Below, one piece after another: positions 62,725-64,000 of a stretch of 64,000 bases of DNA (the stretch's first letter is position 1; each line of letters starts with the position of its first letter). A program made the translations under genes and the position numbers. The DNA comes from Salinispira sp. Lineage in GTDB: Bacteria; Spirochaetota; Spirochaetia; DSM-27196; Salinispiraceae. The notes beneath the pieces were generated by a model. It made no database searches. It had not been told where the DNA came from and was given only the letters and a program-made list of their open reading frames with translations. Location: the NCBI GenBank assembly GCA_965226555.1, contig CBDDDG010000014.1, positions 64,001-128,000 of the forward strand, read 5' to 3'.

Positions 62725-63315
62725 GTGAATATCTACAAATTATTTGAAATAGTCGGTTCTATTATCGATTTTTACCTGCTGCTCATTTCTCTGCGGATAC
62801 TTCTTTCTTGGTTTGCCGGTGGTATGAATAACGCCGGAATGAATATACTTTCGCGCGTAACCGAGCCCTATTTGAGTATTTTCCGCAGGGCACGTTTTTT
62901 TCATGTCGGCCTGCTGGATTTCAGCCCCCTCATTGGAATTTTCGTTCTGCTCTTTGCCTCCTCGCTTCTGAGGATTTTTTCCCTTGGGGACATTTCAGCG
63001 GCCGTTACGCTTGCGGTACTGGCGCAGACCCTATTCAATGCTGTGAGTTCCATAACCTCGGTTTTTTTCATCATTGTCCTCATCCGTCTGTTTGGCCTTG
63101 TCATCAATCTGAAAGCCTTTGAGGGCTTCTGGTACCGCATAGATTCCTTCATTCAGCCGCTTCTCCTTACCTTTATCCGCCGCATTCTTCCCCGACGCGA
63201 AGTTCCCTATGCGGTCGCTCTCACAATTTTCCTTGTTACCTGTTTTCTCTTCATTGTTCTCATCCGCCTGACTATTTCTCCAATCGTATCTCTCATACTT
63301 CTTATTCCCATATGA
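62725..63315 (+). CDS. YggT family membrane protein
   Basis: LRILLSWF, L.RVTEPYL..FR, LDFSPL. Confidence 0.88.
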   Translation: MNIYKLFEIVGSIIDFYLLLISLRILLSWFAGGMNNAGMNILSRVTEPYLSIFRRARFFHVGLLDFSPLIGIFVLLFASSLLRIFSLGDISAAVTLAVLAQTLFNAVSSITSVFFIIVLIRLFGLVINLKAFEGFWYRIDSFIQPLLLTFIRRILPRREVPYAVALTIFLVTCFLFIVLIRLTISPIVSLILLIPI

Positions 63316-63373
63316 TGGTTCGGACATTGCGATTCTCAGGATGGGGACTGGCAGATAACATGTGGATACGATA

Positions 63374-64000
63374 ATGCTGCAGAAGCTTCAGTCCCTCGGC
63401 GGAACGGTTCTCCGTTCTCCGCCTGAGCTTATCAGCCTTACCGGGATGGGGCAGAAGCGGCTGGCCGCGCTGAAAAACGCGGGCATAATGAATCTTCCCG
63501 ATATTCTGCTCCGTATTCCCCGCCGATATGAAGACAGAAGGAAACCGCAGTGCCTCCACCCGCTTTCGGAAAACGGAAGAGTTTTTACCCGTATTCAGGT
63601 TCTGGCAATTGAGTATATCTACGCCCGCGGCCGAAGGACTCCGAAAATTCTTGTTGCCGATGAGGAAGGAAGCGGATACCTTGTCTGTTTCGGACGCCCC
63701 TTTATGGTGTCGCGTCTTGTTCCCGGCAGCCGTTGGCTCCTTGCCGCAAGCTTTGTTCAAAGACGCGGAGAATTACATGCGGGTTCATTTGAGTATTATC
63801 CTGAGAGAGAAAGCGAAAAGTTTTTCCGCATTCATGCCCTCTATTCGGCAGTGCCGGGCATATTCCCCACTGTACTGCATCAATTTTATACTGAGGCGCT
63901 GGCAAGAATGCTGCCCCTTATCCGCGAAGACCCGCATTTTGAGAGAGCATTGGGTCCGAACATATATAGGAATTTCCAGTCTCTCCGCTTACCGGAAATA
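63374..64000 (+). CDS. recG: ATP-dependent DNA helicase RecG, N-terminal part (truncated by the window)
   Basis: Manual translation LTGMGQKRLAALKNAGI..DILLRIPRRYEDR, open to the window end; absent from the ORF track. Confidence 0.8.
   Translation, partial: MLQKLQSLGGTVLRSPPELISLTGMGQKRLAALKNAGIMNLPDILLRIPRRYEDRRKPQCLHPLSENGRVFTRIQVLAIEYIYARGRRTPKILVADEEGSGYLVCFGRPFMVSRLVPGSRWLLAASFVQRRGELHAGSFEYYPERESEKFFRIHALYSAVPGIFPTVLHQFYTEALARMLPLIREDPHFERALGPNIYRNFQSLRLPEI

Overview
64 kb of a spirochaete chromosome. The phylum call rests on FlaB flagellin, a P83/100-family protein, two DUF5312-like proteins and an E-DUF2764-A-B-D-I-K V-ATPase operon; a host-associated lifestyle is inferred, not shown. 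Housekeeping genes include mdh, purH, hflX, cca, flaB, aroH, map, msrA, class II RNR, PBP1A and a partial recG. Three accessory blocks (about 1-4.1 kb, 16.9-22.6 kb and 34.4-41.6 kb) repeat one layout: an FN3 + DUF285/BspA-repeat surface lipoprotein gene, a conserved 3' hairpin, then Rpn (YhgA-like PD-(D/E)XK) nuclease genes or fragments. A further Rpn relic sits at 11.7-12.6 kb. Two of the four lipoprotein genes are out of frame at poly-G tracts (G10, G16). Their 25-aa repeats vary in number and at fixed codon positions. In three of four Rpn loci the nuclease part is broken by a homopolymer slip, microhomology deletions or palindrome insertions while the internal RpnS-like ORF stays intact. 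About 20 copies of an AT-rich palindromic miniature element and a second GC-rich family are scattered through the window and insert into coding sequence. Also present: complete IS1182 and IS5 elements with TIRs and TSDs, a type II R-M pair, an MTase-GIY-YIG fusion, BrnT/BrnA relics, a candidate C-rich-loop sRNA, and a sulfotransferase-crtZ pair. No CRISPR array, tRNA or rRNA was seen.
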